Assembly (NCBI GenBank): GCA_036393495.1
Contig: DASWGY010000137.1
Location: forward strand, 1 to 57,430
From: Candidatus Limnocylindrales bacterium
GTDB taxonomy: Bacteria > Chloroflexota > Limnocylindria > Limnocylindrales > CSP1-4
Direction: 5' to 3'
Length of the DNA stretch: 57,430 bases
The notes under the pieces are model-generated. The model ran no database searches. It had not been told where the DNA came from and was given only the letters and a program-made list of their open reading frames with translations. Position 1 is the first letter of the stretch. Every line of letters starts with the position of its first letter. The translations under genes and the position numbers were made by a program. Positions 19,901 through 27,527 of the stretch are shown here, in pieces.

Positions 19901-20346
19901 TCCAACGCATCATCCCGACTGTCGTCCGGTCCGAGGAGGGTCGATGGCCCGAGGGTCAGTTCGAGGTGGACCTCGAATCTGGCATGCCGCCGGTGTCCGG
20001 CGACCCGACGTACGTTGAGCAGGTCATCAGGAACCTCATGGCCAATGCCGTCAAGTACGGCGGAAGTCGGGCCCTGATCCGGGTCATCGGCCGGGCCGAG
20101 GACGACGAGGTCCGCGTTCGCGTCCTCGATGAGGGTCCCGGCTTCCCCGAAGCCGAGGCGGGGCGGCTGTTCGACCTCTACTACCGGTCTCCCTCGACTG
20201 CCCGGAAGGCCAGCGGCTCCGGGATCGGGTTGTTCGTGTGCGCCCGCCTGCTCCACGCCATGGGCGGCCGGATCTGGGCCGCGAACCGGCCCGAGGGCGG
20301 GGCAGAGTTCGGGTTCGCCCTGCGGGTGATGACCGAGGACCGCTGA
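16939..20346 (+). CDS. Cytoplasmic multi-sensor histidine kinase (PAS-GAF-PAS-GAF-PAS-PAS-HisKA-HATPase), no TM helix
   Basis: H-box SHELRTPVTTI, N-box VIRNLMANAVKYG, G1 DEGPGFP, G2 GSGIGLFV. Upstream are alternating PAS-like and GAF-like blocks. ATG at 16939; the upstream part of the track ORF is antisense to the glucosidase gene. Confidence 0.85.
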   Translation: MSTIGDIEQPKATSAAEPFRVERLPEVVNAVSDPITVQGADGRIVFANLAAARALGVDSPAELLTDGSAISGRFELFDELGHPLGPDELPGRRALRTGLPQSLTIRHRERATGRERWSAVAAVPLLDADGRAEFAVNFAHDVSESKFLEEALRVSEARARLLADATRDLDESLDLDRTVATAMALAVPHLADWATLDLVLPDGTLNRVAVDAADPRMAEVADRLWAFTVEPGTGRAGDRAIAERRPVIVGPDIAGLEDDPARPELIETIQRLRTTSAMAVPLIARGSVEGVLFLAASDESRRYEASDSLYAMELARRIALAVGNARLYSAEQTARVAAEDAAERAERLLLDLESQGNRFETIIRNLPNGVVVAEAPSGRILIVNEAVDRILGPGPTEWTAHGDRAIEGHRPDGSRLAADDWPLARTIRTGEPVAEERLRVARADGTEVWLAARSAPITDADGRLTAGVLVFGDVTARHRQQVRTEFLAEAGATLASSLDYEETIAAVARSAVPSLADWSAVDILDDRGELHALALVHSDPNRVAQVEALRGRLESRGVPSLSARVVRTLRPEIVSLSPSSIEAALNELPADALDPDDSDVVRAFAGTSIVCVPLLATGRPVGTLTFAASGAVNHLSEDDLPFAQELASRAAAAIETARLFRDAARFRMILDAVRDGVTLIDPSTLRVVYANDAVLDQLGRSRGEVVGGMTPEWTEGLTRDQLVDFVAPLLSGAEPSRILDVVRIRPDGTRVPVEVSWQRVELPGVGPQLIAISRNIRERIETEQRLTQLARAEHSRAAELNAIIGAIGEGLIVLDAMGRVSLANPTARSIIQPLEEWTLDAILARFEDPDDIGRAAFTTPGETVTLRRTGPARQWVEIRSYAVESDSPSEREHIVVLRDVTALREREAVRDAFVGILSHELRTPVTTIYAGAKVLAREGGDLDAEARRGIFDDIHLEAERLHRLVEDVVALTRFGEGALEIGSEPVLLQRIIPTVVRSEEGRWPEGQFEVDLESGMPPVSGDPTYVEQVIRNLMANAVKYGGSRALIRVIGRAEDDEVRVRVLDEGPGFPEAEAGRLFDLYYRSPSTARKASGSGIGLFVCARLLHAMGGRIWAANRPEGGAEFGFALRVMTEDR

Positions 20347-20394
20347 GCCGACGCGCCGGCGACGACCCGGGCCGCGGCGTCGCGGTGGCGTTGA

Positions 20395-20421
20395 GAGACC
20401 CGGGGCTCGGCCCCGGGTCTC
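20395..20421 (+). terminator. Strong GC hairpin downstream of the histidine kinase gene
   Basis: GAGACCCGGGGC-tcg-GCCCCGGGTCTC is a perfect 12-bp inverted repeat, 48 nt after the stop at 20346. There is no U-tract, which is common in high-GC genomes. Confidence 0.55.
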
Positions 20422-20850
20422 GTCGATGTGGTCCCTTGGCCAGCAGAGCCGACGCGCCTCAAGTCGAGCCTCTGGCCGGAGCCCTCGGCAGTCTCCGTCG
20501 GAGGACCCTCCGGCGATCCATCACCACGGGCCGGGCTCCTCGCAGCCGCATTGCAGCCCGACGCGTCGGGCGGTTCATCGCCCGGTCCATCGCCCAGCGC
20601 CTCGCGCCCCGCTCCGCGACCCGCCTCGGGTGGCCGCAACGGTCCTGTAAGCGGGGACGCGGCCGGGGTGGATTCCGGGCAACGTCACCAGGCGCAGGCT
20701 GTCAGGGACGCCGAAATGCCGCCCCGGACCGCGGTCCGGTCGCACCAGGCGTCGGATGGAGGAACGCGATGGTCCCGACCGGCGACCGCGGCGATCGCAC
20801 CGTGCCCACCGCCCTCGCGAGCCTGGCGCGTGGCCGGCAGGCGGCGTAGG

Positions 20851-22809
20851 GTGGGCCTCATCCTGGGGGTCCCGCAGCCGCTGCCGGCCGGCAGGGCTCG
20901 CGAGGGCCCGGATGCAACCCTCCTCCGCGAGCTGGGCCAGCAGATCCGCGTCGACGCGTTCCGGGCAGCGGCGATGAGCGCCGGTGCGGTGACGGTGATG
21001 GCGACGGCAGTCGCAACCTTGTCGGCCGCCGACGTCGTAGCGGTCCTGCTCGCTCGTCACCTGCGTTTCGACCCGGATCGGCCGGACGATCCCGCCGCCG
21101 ACCACCTGCTGCTCGCGAACGGGCGAGGCGGTCCCCTGCGGCCGGCCGCGCTCCGGGCGATCGGGGTCATCGCCGACGGCGAGCTCGAGGCGTTCAGTCG
21201 CGGCGAAGGGCGCCTGCCGGCATCGGCTGCCCGGTCCCACCCGTCGCCCATCGAGACTCCGGCCGGGACGCTCGGCGTCGGCCTCGCCGTCGCAACGGGG
21301 ATCTCGCTGGCGATGCAACGTCTGGAGCCCCGGGCGTCGCGGATCTGGCTGATCGGTGGCGACGACGAGCTCATGGATGGTGGTGTCTGGGGGGCGGTGG
21401 GAGTCGCCGGCGCCGAACGCCTCGACGCGTTGACCCTGATCGTCGACGTGCCTCGCGACGGACCCACCTCCGGGCCCCGGCGGGGCTGGGAGACACCGGC
21501 CCTGCGCCGTCGATTCGAGGCCTTCGAGTGGCGGGTCCTCGAGACGGATGGACACGATGTGAGGGCCATCGACGACGCGCTCCGGACGGCCTCCGCGACG
21601 CGCTTCCGGCCGACCGTCATCCTGGCCCGGACGATCGAGGGTCGCGGCCTCCGACGGACCGCCGGACGACCCGGCCAGCGTGGCGCGGAGTCGCCCAGCG
21701 TCGACGCGGCCATCCGGGAGCTCGGCGGGCGCCGCGAGCTGACGGTGGCGCCGGCGCGGCCGGTCGGGGCCAGGGCCAGGGACCGACGCTCGGTCGGGCG
21801 GCGAGGGGCGAGCCTTCCGCAGTGGCGTCGCGGAGATCGAGTCGCGATCGACGCGGCGATCGGTGAGGCGCTGGTCGCCATCGGAACGGCTCGGCCCGAT
21901 ATCGTCGTCCTCGACGGCCACGGCGATGGCGCGACCCACCTCGACCGCTTCGGCGCCGTGGACGCGCGGCGCTACTTCCGGGCGCAGGTCGACGCCCCGT
22001 TGCTGGTCGGCGCGGCCGCCGGGTTCTCGATCCGGGGCTGGCTGACCCTGGCAGGCATCCCGGCTTCGGGGGTCGTCCGAGCCGTCGAGGCGATCGAGCT
22101 TGCCGCCCAGAGCGGGCTGCCCCTTCGGATCCTTGCCTCGGGGGCCGGCCTCGGGGCTGGGCTGTCGTTCGCGACCTGGCTGCAGCAGGGCAACCTCGAG
22201 GACGTCGCCGCGCTCAGGGCGGTGGATGGGGCGGCGATCCTCCAGCCGTCCGACGCCAACCAGGCCGCGCTCCTCGTCGATGCCCTGCTCGACTGGCCGG
22301 GCGTCGGCTACATCCGGCTCGCCGCCCTCGAGGCCGCCACCGATCAGGATGGCGGCCCGCAGGTCCGGACGCCGCCCGACGACGGCCTCGCGATCGGCGG
22401 CAGCCGTGAGGTGGTGGCATCGGCGGAGGACCTCGTCACCGTGATCGCGAGTGGCTCGACGGTCGACGATGCCGTCCGTGCCGCCGGCGAGCTCGAGCCT
22501 GGCGGAGTCCCAGTCCGGGTCATCGATGCCTACTCGATCAAGCCGCTCGACGAGGACTCGATCGCGGCGGCCGTCGTCGCCGCCGACGGCCGCGTCGTGG
22601 TCGTCGAGGACCACCGCCCCGAGGGCGGGCTCGGCGACGCCGTCGCGGCCGCCCTCAGCGCCCGAGGGGTGCCCGTCCGGCTGGCCCACCTGGCCGTGCG
22701 CGGGACTCCGGCCCCCGGTTCCGTCGCCGAGCGCCGGGTGGCGGCGGGGATCGATGCGGCGGCGATCGTTCGAGCGGTCCGGCGGCTCGTCGCCGACTCG
22801 GGCCAGTGA
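20851..22809 (+). CDS. Transketolase-like protein (fused N- and C-terminal halves) with degenerate ThDP and catalytic motifs
   Basis: Collinear with transketolase (LSAADVVAVLL, GTLGVGLAVATG, ...LTLIVDV, C-terminal IDAYSIKPLDEDSI...VVVVEDH). The canonical SGHxGG, SKGH, GDGE..EG and GIAEQ positions read VTVMAT, ANGRGG, GGDDELMDG and QVDAP. The start (GTG 20851) is uncertain. Confidence 0.7.
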   Translation: MGLILGVPQPLPAGRAREGPDATLLRELGQQIRVDAFRAAAMSAGAVTVMATAVATLSAADVVAVLLARHLRFDPDRPDDPAADHLLLANGRGGPLRPAALRAIGVIADGELEAFSRGEGRLPASAARSHPSPIETPAGTLGVGLAVATGISLAMQRLEPRASRIWLIGGDDELMDGGVWGAVGVAGAERLDALTLIVDVPRDGPTSGPRRGWETPALRRRFEAFEWRVLETDGHDVRAIDDALRTASATRFRPTVILARTIEGRGLRRTAGRPGQRGAESPSVDAAIRELGGRRELTVAPARPVGARARDRRSVGRRGASLPQWRRGDRVAIDAAIGEALVAIGTARPDIVVLDGHGDGATHLDRFGAVDARRYFRAQVDAPLLVGAAAGFSIRGWLTLAGIPASGVVRAVEAIELAAQSGLPLRILASGAGLGAGLSFATWLQQGNLEDVAALRAVDGAAILQPSDANQAALLVDALLDWPGVGYIRLAALEAATDQDGGPQVRTPPDDGLAIGGSREVVASAEDLVTVIASGSTVDDAVRAAGELEPGGVPVRVIDAYSIKPLDEDSIAAAVVAADGRVVVVEDHRPEGGLGDAVAAALSARGVPVRLAHLAVRGTPAPGSVAERRVAAGIDAAAIVRAVRRLVADSGQ

Positions 22810-22953
22810 CGCGTCCATCTGGCCGGCGCCACCTGGCGCGCGCCTGCAACGCCGTCAGCCGGCCCGGACGACGGGTTGTAGCCGACCTCGTCGGATGCTG
22901 GGAGGCGTGGAGCGATCCACGCGAATCGGAGGATTGCAGCGGAGGACCCGACC

Positions 22954-23349
22954 ATGACGTATGACGAAGGGGTCACGAGACGAACACTCGACCCGGCCCC
23001 CGAACCGCCCTCGAAGGTAGTCGTCGAGCGGCGGGCGACCATCCATCCGAGCGGTGGCGAAGTGGCTCGCCGGATCATCGTCCTCGTCTTCGGGATCGTC
23101 CAGTCGCTGATCGTGCTGCGGCTGGCCCTCCTCCTCCTCGACGCCCGCGAGGGCAACGACCTGGTCGCGTTCATCCTCAACTCGAGCCAGCTGTTCGTGG
23201 CGCCGTTCGAGGGCATCCTCCGGACCGACGCGCTGGCGTCGGGCGGATCGATCCTCGACCTCGCGGCGATCGCCGCGCTCGTCGGCTGGACGATCCTCGA
23301 GGCAATCGCCATCTGGATCGTCAACGTCTTCCGCCGCGAACCCGCTTGA
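22954..23349 (+). CDS. YggT-like small membrane protein (putative)
   Basis: GGAGGA SD lies before the ATG. Two hydrophobic segments flank LFVAPFEGILRTD, resembling YggT-family repeats. Weak call. Confidence 0.5.
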   Translation: MTYDEGVTRRTLDPAPEPPSKVVVERRATIHPSGGEVARRIIVLVFGIVQSLIVLRLALLLLDAREGNDLVAFILNSSQLFVAPFEGILRTDALASGGSILDLAAIAALVGWTILEAIAIWIVNVFRREPA

Positions 23350-23541
23350 GCCTCACGGTCGGCGCCATCCGACGACCGATCCGAGGTGCCGGCCGCGCCG
23401 GGATACGACGAGCGACCCGTCGATCCCGGGCCGCGGTCGGCGCCACCACAGGCGAAGCAAGGGGTCGGCGACGGGGAGGACGCCGGCTTCGTGGTCGATC
23501 CGGTCCATGGCACGGCCTGTGACAGCGGCCGCCTCGATCGG

Positions 23542-23547
23542 TATCGT
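23542..23547 (+). promoter_or_regulatory. -10-like TATCGT box 8 nt upstream of the MttB-family ATG (leaderless-type)
   Basis: cgatcgGTATCGTcggccgccATG, with no SD. Confidence 0.4.
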
Positions 23548-23555
23548 CGGCCGCC

Positions 23556-25097
23556 ATGGACCCGGGCCTCGAGCCGATCGCGCGTCGCCGCAAGGAACGG
23601 CGCCCCGGCGGGGGCGTGCCGCAACTGCCCTGGCGGCGGCTCGTCAATCCCTTTCGGCCGGTCGAGATCCTGTCAGCCGAGCAGCTCGAAGCGATCCATC
23701 GGGCGTCGCTGCGGATCCTCACGGAGGTCGGCCTCCAGATCCTCGGCGATCGCGCGATCGACCTCCTGGCCGCCGCTGGCGCGACTGTCGATCGCGCAGA
23801 GCGGCGCGTCCGCCTCGAGCCCGGGTTCGTGGAGGAGCGGATCGGGACGGCGCCATCGACCTTCACGCTCCACGCTCGCAACCCGGCTCGCTCGATCGAG
23901 ATCGGAGGGCCGAATCTCGCCTTCACCTCGGTCGGCGGACCTGCCTTCGTCACCGACCTCGACCGCGGCCGGCGGCCCGGCAACGCCGCCGACCTCCGTG
24001 ACTACGTCCGCCTGATCGGCGCCCTCGACGTCATCCACCAGGAGGCCGGCGGGCCACTCGAGGCCACCGACCTGCCCGTGGAGACACGACACCTCGACCT
24101 CTACGAGCTCCTGGCGACGACCCTCGACAAGACCTGGCAATGCGTCGGCTTCGGCCGGACCCCGGTCGACGACGCGATCGAGGTTGCCTGCCTGGCCCGG
24201 GCCGTCGACCGCTCGACCCTCGTCGAACAGCCGAGCGTCATGACGATCATCAACTCGAACTCGCCGCTCCGCCTCGACGGGCCGATGTCGGACGGCCTCA
24301 TCGAGATGGCCGCCAATGGCCAGGCCGTCGTCGCGACGCCCTTCACGCTGGCGGGGGCGATGAGCCCGGCAACGATCGCCGGGGCTCTCGCCGAGCAGAA
24401 CGCCGAAGCCCTGTTCATGGTCGTCCTCACCCAGCTGGCCCGGCCCGGCGCGCCGGTCGTGTACGGCGGCTTCACCTCCAACGTCGACATGCGGACCGGC
24501 TCGCCGGCCTTCGGCACGCCTGAGTACGTGAAGGCGGCCTTCGCCACCGGCCAGCTCGCCCGACGCTACGGCCTGCCGTTCCGGTCGTCGAACGTGACCG
24601 GCTCGAACGCTGTCGACGCCCAGGCGGCCTACGAATCCGAGATGGCCGTGTGGGGTGCGGTCATGGGCGGGGTGAACCTGCTCTACCAGGGCGCCGGCTG
24701 GCTCGAGGGCGGGCTCACCGCTTCGTACGAGAAACTTATCCTCGACGCCGAGATCCTCCAGATGATCGGCGAGATCCTCCAACCGCTCGAGGTCAACGAC
24801 GCGGAGCTGGGGGTCGAGGCGATCGCGAGCGTCGGGCCGGGCGGGCACTTCTTCGGGACCCCCCACACCCTCGAGCGCTTCGAGCATGCCTTCTACCAGC
24901 CGATGCTCAGCGACTGGCGGAACTTCGAGACGTGGCAGGACTCCGGCGCCGAGACCGCAGCGGTGCGGGCGAACCGGATCTGGAAGCAGCTCCTGGCCGA
25001 GTTCGAGCCGCCGCCCCTGGCGATCGACCGCGCCGAAGCGATTGAGGATTTCGTGGCTCGCCGGAAGCGCGAGATCGGGGCGGTGCGCTCGCCGTGA
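23556..25097 (+). CDS. MttB-superfamily (trimethylamine methyltransferase-like) protein, non-pyrrolysine type
   Basis: Full-length similarity to the family (ILSAEQLEAIHRASLRILTEVG, NSNSPLRLD, ATPFTLAGAMSPAT, GGFTSNVDMRTGSPAFGTPE, GGHFFGTPHTLE). The ORF is uninterrupted with no in-frame TAG. TATCGT lies 8 nt before the ATG. Confidence 0.85.
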   Translation: MDPGLEPIARRRKERRPGGGVPQLPWRRLVNPFRPVEILSAEQLEAIHRASLRILTEVGLQILGDRAIDLLAAAGATVDRAERRVRLEPGFVEERIGTAPSTFTLHARNPARSIEIGGPNLAFTSVGGPAFVTDLDRGRRPGNAADLRDYVRLIGALDVIHQEAGGPLEATDLPVETRHLDLYELLATTLDKTWQCVGFGRTPVDDAIEVACLARAVDRSTLVEQPSVMTIINSNSPLRLDGPMSDGLIEMAANGQAVVATPFTLAGAMSPATIAGALAEQNAEALFMVVLTQLARPGAPVVYGGFTSNVDMRTGSPAFGTPEYVKAAFATGQLARRYGLPFRSSNVTGSNAVDAQAAYESEMAVWGAVMGGVNLLYQGAGWLEGGLTASYEKLILDAEILQMIGEILQPLEVNDAELGVEAIASVGPGGHFFGTPHTLERFEHAFYQPMLSDWRNFETWQDSGAETAAVRANRIWKQLLAEFEPPPLAIDRAEAIEDFVARRKREIGAVRSP

Positions 25098-25417
25098 TTC
25101 GCGGACCTTGTTGTCCACGCTCGGGCCAGAGCCGATCTGCTGGTTCTCTGGTGGCAACCGGTGTGGTCGCGGATCGGCCGTTGCGGCATGTCCCGACGAT
25201 CCCGCCCCGTCCCTGAACGGGGACGGGTCCGATCAGCTCGGCCGACTGGCCAGCTGGGACCCCATTTCCATGTCTCGTACCACACCGGTTCGTAGGTGAG
25301 GAGAGATGCGGTCGCAGGGCCTCCCTGAAGGCAGGGTATTCACGAATTAGATCCGGGCTCGCCGAGGGCCCATCGCCGGGTGTGTCGGGGCCCCCGCCGC
25401 TCTCCAAGCCTCCCTGA

Positions 25418-26716
25418 TCACCCCCGCCCGCGCAGCCGGCGGAACCGCTCCGGCCGGAAGGGCGAGATGTCGACGCTCGTGGGCCGGCCTTCGAGGATCT
25501 CAGCGACGAGCCGTGCCGTGATGGCGGCCAGGGTCAGGCCGACATGCCCGTGGCCGAAGGCAAGGACGACGTTCGGCGCCCTCGGGGCCCGGCCGATTAC
25601 AGGCAGCGAATCCGGCATCGATGGCCGGAAGCCGATCCATTGGCTGGCGCCGCCGGCGTCGAGCTCCGGAAAGACGGTCTGCGCGGCTGCGACGAGCTTC
25701 TCCGCCCGCCGGAAGTTCGGGGCGGCGCCGATCCCCGCGAGCTCATCCGTGCCAGCCAGCCGGAGGCCTCCGTCCAGCGCCGGGGTCAGCGCGAAGTGAT
25801 AGTCCCCGGACAGGATCGGTGTCCGCAGGGAGATCCCCGGACGGGGCAGCTCGACTCCATAGCCGCGCTCCGTGTCGAGCGGGACTGGTGCCCCGACCTG
25901 GCGGGCGAGGGGACCGGACCAAGCCCCCGCGGCGACCACGACGTTCGTCGCCCGAATGGCGCCCGCACTCGTCCGAACCTCACTCGTGACGCCGTCCTCC
26001 GCGACCAGGTCCCTGACATCGGCCCGGGCCACCGTCCCGCCAGCGGCGGTCAGGCGCTCTGCCAAGGCGGCCGTGAACGCGGCCGGATCAGGTGTGTACC
26101 GCGAGGCTGGGATGAGGATCCCGCGGTGGAACCTGCCGGCGAGCTGCGGGTCAAGGCTTCCGATGCCTGCGTCGTCGAGGATCTCGAGGCCGATGCCGCG
26201 CCGGCGCCGCAGCTCGAGCGCCAATGCGTCCCTGTCGAACGACGCCTCGGTCCGGTAGGCATATAGGAGCCCGCCGCCCGATGCGAGGGCCGCGGGACCG
26301 TCCGGCAGGAACCGCTCCCAGGCCTCCATCGCCGGCCCCACCAGCGTGCCCAGCGTCGACGAGATCGACTCGACCCGCGACGGCCGGCTGGCCAGGACGA
26401 ACCGCAGCAGCCACGGGGCCAGCCTCGGCAGGTACGTCCACCGGATCGCCAGCGGTGAGAGCGGGTCGAGGAGCATGTGCGGGACGGAACGGATAACGCC
26501 CGGTGTCGCCGTCGGCACGACGCCGGCAACCGACATGACTCCGGCGTTGCGACCCGACGCCCCGGTCCCGGGCACCGCGCGGTCGAGCACGATGACGTCT
26601 CGGCCGGCCTCGCGAAGCGCCAGCGAGGTGCACAGGCCGACCGCTCCGGCGCCGATGACGACGACATCAGCCGTCGCGGGGAGACCCCCGGTGCTGCCGT
26701 TCGCGCTGGCCGACAA
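25418..26716 (-). CDS. FAD-dependent oxidoreductase (DAO family: D-amino-acid / sarcosine-oxidase-beta-like)
   Basis: DVVVIGAGAVGLCTSLALREAGRDVIVLD dinucleotide fold and the C-terminal GHGHVGLTLAAITARLVAE. I prefer TTG at 26716 (GGAGG 7 nt upstream) over the track start 26884, which would overlap the divergent gene. Confidence 0.8.
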   Translation of the reverse strand: MSASANGSTGGLPATADVVVIGAGAVGLCTSLALREAGRDVIVLDRAVPGTGASGRNAGVMSVAGVVPTATPGVIRSVPHMLLDPLSPLAIRWTYLPRLAPWLLRFVLASRPSRVESISSTLGTLVGPAMEAWERFLPDGPAALASGGGLLYAYRTEASFDRDALALELRRRRGIGLEILDDAGIGSLDPQLAGRFHRGILIPASRYTPDPAAFTAALAERLTAAGGTVARADVRDLVAEDGVTSEVRTSAGAIRATNVVVAAGAWSGPLARQVGAPVPLDTERGYGVELPRPGISLRTPILSGDYHFALTPALDGGLRLAGTDELAGIGAAPNFRRAEKLVAAAQTVFPELDAGGASQWIGFRPSMPDSLPVIGRAPRAPNVVLAFGHGHVGLTLAAITARLVAEILEGRPTSVDISPFRPERFRRLRGRG

Positions 26717-26763
26717 TCCGACGCCTCCGCACTGCCCGCCTGGTTGCGACGGGTTATGACAGA

Positions 26764-26780
26764 GTACGATATCGTGATAC
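26764..26780. promoter_or_regulatory. GATATC-core motif; perfect 10-bp palindrome ACGATATCGT between divergent FAD-oxidoreductase and metallophosphoesterase genes
   Basis: GTACGATATCGTGATAC. It reads TATCGT on both strands. Confidence 0.6.
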
Positions 26781-26831
26781 GACACTGACGGGTGCCCGGC
26801 CACGGGCGGCGCGACCACGGAGGGACGAGCG

Positions 26832-27527
26832 ATGGTGCTGACCGAGCTCTTGATACCCGAGGATGCCATCGGCGGCGTCACCACGGTCGGGGCCCGACGG
26901 ATCGGTTTCCTGGGCGACGATCACAACGTCGAACAGGATGGCAGCGACCTCCCGGCCGAGGTCTTCGAGGCCTTCGCCGGGGTCGACCTCATCGTCCACC
27001 TCGGCCACATGGGCGTCCGCGACCAGCTGGCTCGCGGCGTCCTCGACCGCCTCGCCGGCCACGCGCCCATCCTGGCCGTTCGGGACGTCTCGACCGACCT
27101 CCAGGGTCAGCCGTACGTGACACCGGCGGAGGGTGATCGTGTCCGGGGGCTGACCCGGATCATCGAGGCCGGTGGTCTCCGGATCGGTGCCGTCCACAAC
27201 CTCGAGCGGCCGCCCGGGCCACCCATTCCGGCGCCGGCCGGCGGCATCCCGGCCTTCGCAGGCCTGGACGTCCGGGCAGTGCTCGAATCGAAGTTCGGGG
27301 GACCGGTCGATGTCGTGGCCTATGCCGGCACGCACCGACCGGTGGCGGTCAACGCCGGCGGCGTCCTGTTCGTCAACCCCGGCAGCCCGACCTGGCCGAA
27401 GGGCCCTGGTCGGGTAGCCGCCGAGCGGTCCCTCGGCACGGTCGGCATTCTGGAGGTCGGGGCGGGCGTCGCCTCGTTCGAGATCGTGGACCTCGGTCAC
27501 CTTGCCGCCGCGGCCGGCCGCGCGTGA
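26832..27527 (+). CDS. Metallophosphoesterase-fold protein (YfcE-like), motifs partly divergent
   Basis: RIGFLGDDHN, DLIVHLGH, AGTHRPV and VNPGSP line up with metallophosphoesterase motifs I-V but with substitutions. GGAGGG SD. Confidence 0.55.
   Translation: MVLTELLIPEDAIGGVTTVGARRIGFLGDDHNVEQDGSDLPAEVFEAFAGVDLIVHLGHMGVRDQLARGVLDRLAGHAPILAVRDVSTDLQGQPYVTPAEGDRVRGLTRIIEAGGLRIGAVHNLERPPGPPIPAPAGGIPAFAGLDVRAVLESKFGGPVDVVAYAGTHRPVAVNAGGVLFVNPGSPTWPKGPGRVAAERSLGTVGILEVGAGVASFEIVDLGHLAAAAGRA

Noticed and set aside
20428-20850. N-terminal 141-codon extension of the transketolase-like ORF
   Set aside because: It is Pro/Ser/Arg/Gly-rich and unlike any transketolase N-terminus. Family similarity begins just after the GTG at 20851.
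20575-22818. 747-aa minus-strand ORF
   Set aside because: It is antisense to the transketolase-like gene, is Arg/Pro/Gly-rich and has no motifs.
23556-25097. Possible pyrrolysine (in-frame TAG) in the MttB homolog
   Set aside because: The ORF is continuous from ATG to stop with no internal amber codon, and no pyl genes are seen, so it is a non-Pyl member.
25206-25227. Hairpin CCCGTCCC-tgaacg-GGGACGGG as a terminator for the MttB gene or the oxidoreductase gene
   Set aside because: The stem is only 8 bp, there is no U-tract, and it lies about 110 nt from one stop and about 190 nt from the other. It is too weak to call as a feature.
25306-25350. 14-codon mini-ORF (MRSQGLPEGRVFTN) after a GAGGAG-like sequence in the convergent spacer
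   Set aside because: The SD-to-ATG spacing is too short (about 2-4 nt). It has no conservation evidence and lies in a 3' region between convergent genes, so it is probably chance.
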